The notes under the pieces were generated by a model, which had not been told where the DNA came from, ran no database searches, and saw nothing but the letters and a program-made list of their open reading frames with translations. A program made the position numbers and the translations under genes. Below, in pieces: positions 62,415 through 64,000 of a stretch of 64,000 nt of DNA (the first letter of the stretch is position 1; every line of letters begins with the position of its first letter). The DNA lies in NCBI GenBank assembly GCA_965116475.1, contig OZ220691.1, forward strand, positions 3,072,001 to 3,136,000. Reading direction: 5' to 3'. Source of the stretch: Gemmatimonadota bacterium (GTDB lineage Bacteria > Gemmatimonadota > Gemmatimonadetes > Palauibacterales > Palauibacteraceae).

Positions 62415-64000
62415 CACGGAGGATGGAACGGAAGGCCGGGCGACGGTTCGCCCCGCGTGGCGCGTGGGCGCTCCTCGCCGGACTGGCATGTCTGCCGGGG
62501 GCGGGGGGCGTTGCCGCGCAGGTGCCGGACACCGTCTCCCGGGATACGGTCTCCTTCCGGCTGCGCGAACTCCGCATCGAGGCGCTGCGGCCGGTCGCCA
62601 GCGTCTCGGGGGCGAGCGCCGTGCGCCTCAGCCTGCAGGCCCCGCGCGTGGCCGCCGTCCCCCTGCTCGAGGAGGCGTTGCGCGAGATTCCGTTCCTGCA
62701 GGTGCGGGAGAACTCGCGCGGCGAGGCTCAGCCGACGCTGCGGGGGACCGAGTCGCGCCAGCTTTCCGTGCTCGTGGACGGGGTGCCGCTGACGCTCGGC
62801 TGGGACGCGCGCACGGACCTGTCGCTCATTCCGGTCGACGCGGCTCGCGAGATCCAGCTCTTCCGGGGCATCTCGTCGGTCCTTCACGGTCCCAACGTGC
62901 TCGGCGGCGTGGTGTCGATCGAGATCGGACACGGGAGCGTGGACGCGGACCGGCGGCTCAACGGGATGCAGGGCGGCATGGACGCGACCGGCGCGGCCTT
63001 CGGCGGCGTGCGCCTCGGACGCACGTGGAGTTCCGGGGACGGCGGCGTGTCCGTGCAGGCGGGCGGCGCCTACCGGACGCGCGACGGCGTACCCCTTGCC
63101 GGCGGCGTCGTACAGCCGGCCACGGCCGACCCGAACCGGCGTCTGAACAGCGATCTCGACCACGCGAGCGCCTTCTTCACGGGCCGCGCCGAGTCCGAGG
63201 GGGGCGCCTGGGTATCCATGTCCACCTTCGGGTATCGTGCGGAGAAGGGAGTGCCGCCGGAACTTCACGTGACGGATCCGCGGCGCTGGCGAATGCCGGA
63301 TACGAAACGGATCGTCGGCACGGTCTCGGCGGGCACCGGGTGGGGTCGCACCCCCTTCGGCACGGGAGACTTCGAGGTCAGCATCGGGGTCGACGCGGGT
63401 GACGCGCAGATCGACGAGTTCGAGACGCTGGCCTATGAGGACATCGCCGGGCAGGAGTTCGCGGACGATCGCACCCTCACTTTCAGGGGCCTGTCCGACC
63501 ACGAACTCGGGGAGGGGGTCGTGCGGACGGCGCTTACCGTGGCCGAGACGCGCCATGTGGAGCGTATCGTGCCCGGCGGGGAGTCCACCTTTCGCCAGCG
63601 CCTGTTCAGCCTCGGCGGCGAGGTGGAGTTGCCGCTCGCCGGTCCCGGCGCGGGGTTCTGGTCGGGCGCCCGCATCAGCCTGGGGGCGAGTTGGGACCGC
63701 GGCAGCACACCGGAGACGGGCGGTCGCGAAGCGCGGGAGACGATCGACGACTGGGGCGCGCGCCTCGGAGGATCGGCGCAGATCGGACGGCGCGTTCGCT
63801 TCCACATTGGGGCAAGCCGGCGGGTCCGCTTCCCGTCGCTGCGGGAACTGTATTCCGGCGCGCTCGGCCGCTTCGTCCCCAACCCCGAACTCGCGCCGGA
63901 GATCCTGCGCGCGGCGGAGGGCGGCGTCACGGGGACGGTGGAGGCGTTCGGGGCGGAGGTCGAGGCGCAGGCCGTGCTCTTCGTCCAGAGTTTCTCGAAT
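62411..64000 (+). CDS. TonB-dependent outer-membrane receptor, truncated by the window end
   Basis: ATGA overlap with lnt; my translation gives a signal peptide, LREIPFLQVRENSRGE...LRG, VLVDGVPL, IQLFRGISSVLHGPNVLGGVV plug motifs, RFPSLRELYS...PNPELAPE; absent from the ORF track because no stop is reached. Confidence 0.88.
   Translation, partial: MTRRMERKAGRRFAPRGAWALLAGLACLPGAGGVAAQVPDTVSRDTVSFRLRELRIEALRPVASVSGASAVRLSLQAPRVAAVPLLEEALREIPFLQVRENSRGEAQPTLRGTESRQLSVLVDGVPLTLGWDARTDLSLIPVDAAREIQLFRGISSVLHGPNVLGGVVSIEIGHGSVDADRRLNGMQGGMDATGAAFGGVRLGRTWSSGDGGVSVQAGGAYRTRDGVPLAGGVVQPATADPNRRLNSDLDHASAFFTGRAESEGGAWVSMSTFGYRAEKGVPPELHVTDPRRWRMPDTKRIVGTVSAGTGWGRTPFGTGDFEVSIGVDAGDAQIDEFETLAYEDIAGQEFADDRTLTFRGLSDHELGEGVVRTALTVAETRHVERIVPGGESTFRQRLFSLGGEVELPLAGPGAGFWSGARISLGASWDRGSTPETGGREARETIDDWGARLGGSAQIGRRVRFHIGASRRVRFPSLRELYSGALGRFVPNPELAPEILRAAEGGVTGTVEAFGAEVEAQAVLFVQSFSN

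Overview
High-GC (roughly 70%) bacterial chromosomal window with no rRNA, tRNA, CRISPR array, transposase or integrase that I could recognise. Gene content and style (long SecA, Tol-Pal, LptD-like protein, VPS10-type and Tat-exported hydrolases) suggest a diderm of the Gemmatimonadota/FCB type; this is inference, not a database result. Layout: (1) 1-4.0 kb nadD-secA. (2) 4.0-27.7 kb accessory-like region: cupredoxin lipoprotein, PLP aminotransferase, Tat-signal NAD epimerase, RHH/RelE and RHH/PIN toxin-antitoxin pairs with visible promoter-operators, two convergent GcvT-family demethylation enzymes, a VPS10/BNR protein, an MBL+lamin-tail protein with a DUF3006-like partner, three tandem Tat-lipoprotein GGT-fold Ntn hydrolases coupled to a CocE/NonD hydrolase, and two Met-rich exported paralogs. 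(3) 27.9-64 kb core genes: radC, rel, uvrB, tsaE, tsaB, rimI, ssb, hemA, tolQRAB-pal-cpoB, nrdR, tatC, lptD-like, polyprenyl synthase, tatA, a ppiD-like gene on the minus strand, TPR protein, aroQ, M24 peptidase, efp, accBC, ftsK, lolA-like, rimO, hemL, lnt and a truncated TonB-dependent receptor. Best novelty candidates: the triplicated GGT-like lipoproteins that keep the catalytic Thr but appear to have lost the glutamate-binding residues; dense D-(S/T)-hydrophobic motifs (Bacteroidota O-glycosylation sequon) in LptD and other exported proteins; a beta-clamp-like QVDLF tail on NrdR; an extra Cys cluster inside SecA; a Pal with a TPR-like insert; and a lipid-tethered LolA. All family calls come from motif recognition by eye, and several start codons are my refinements of the ORF track.
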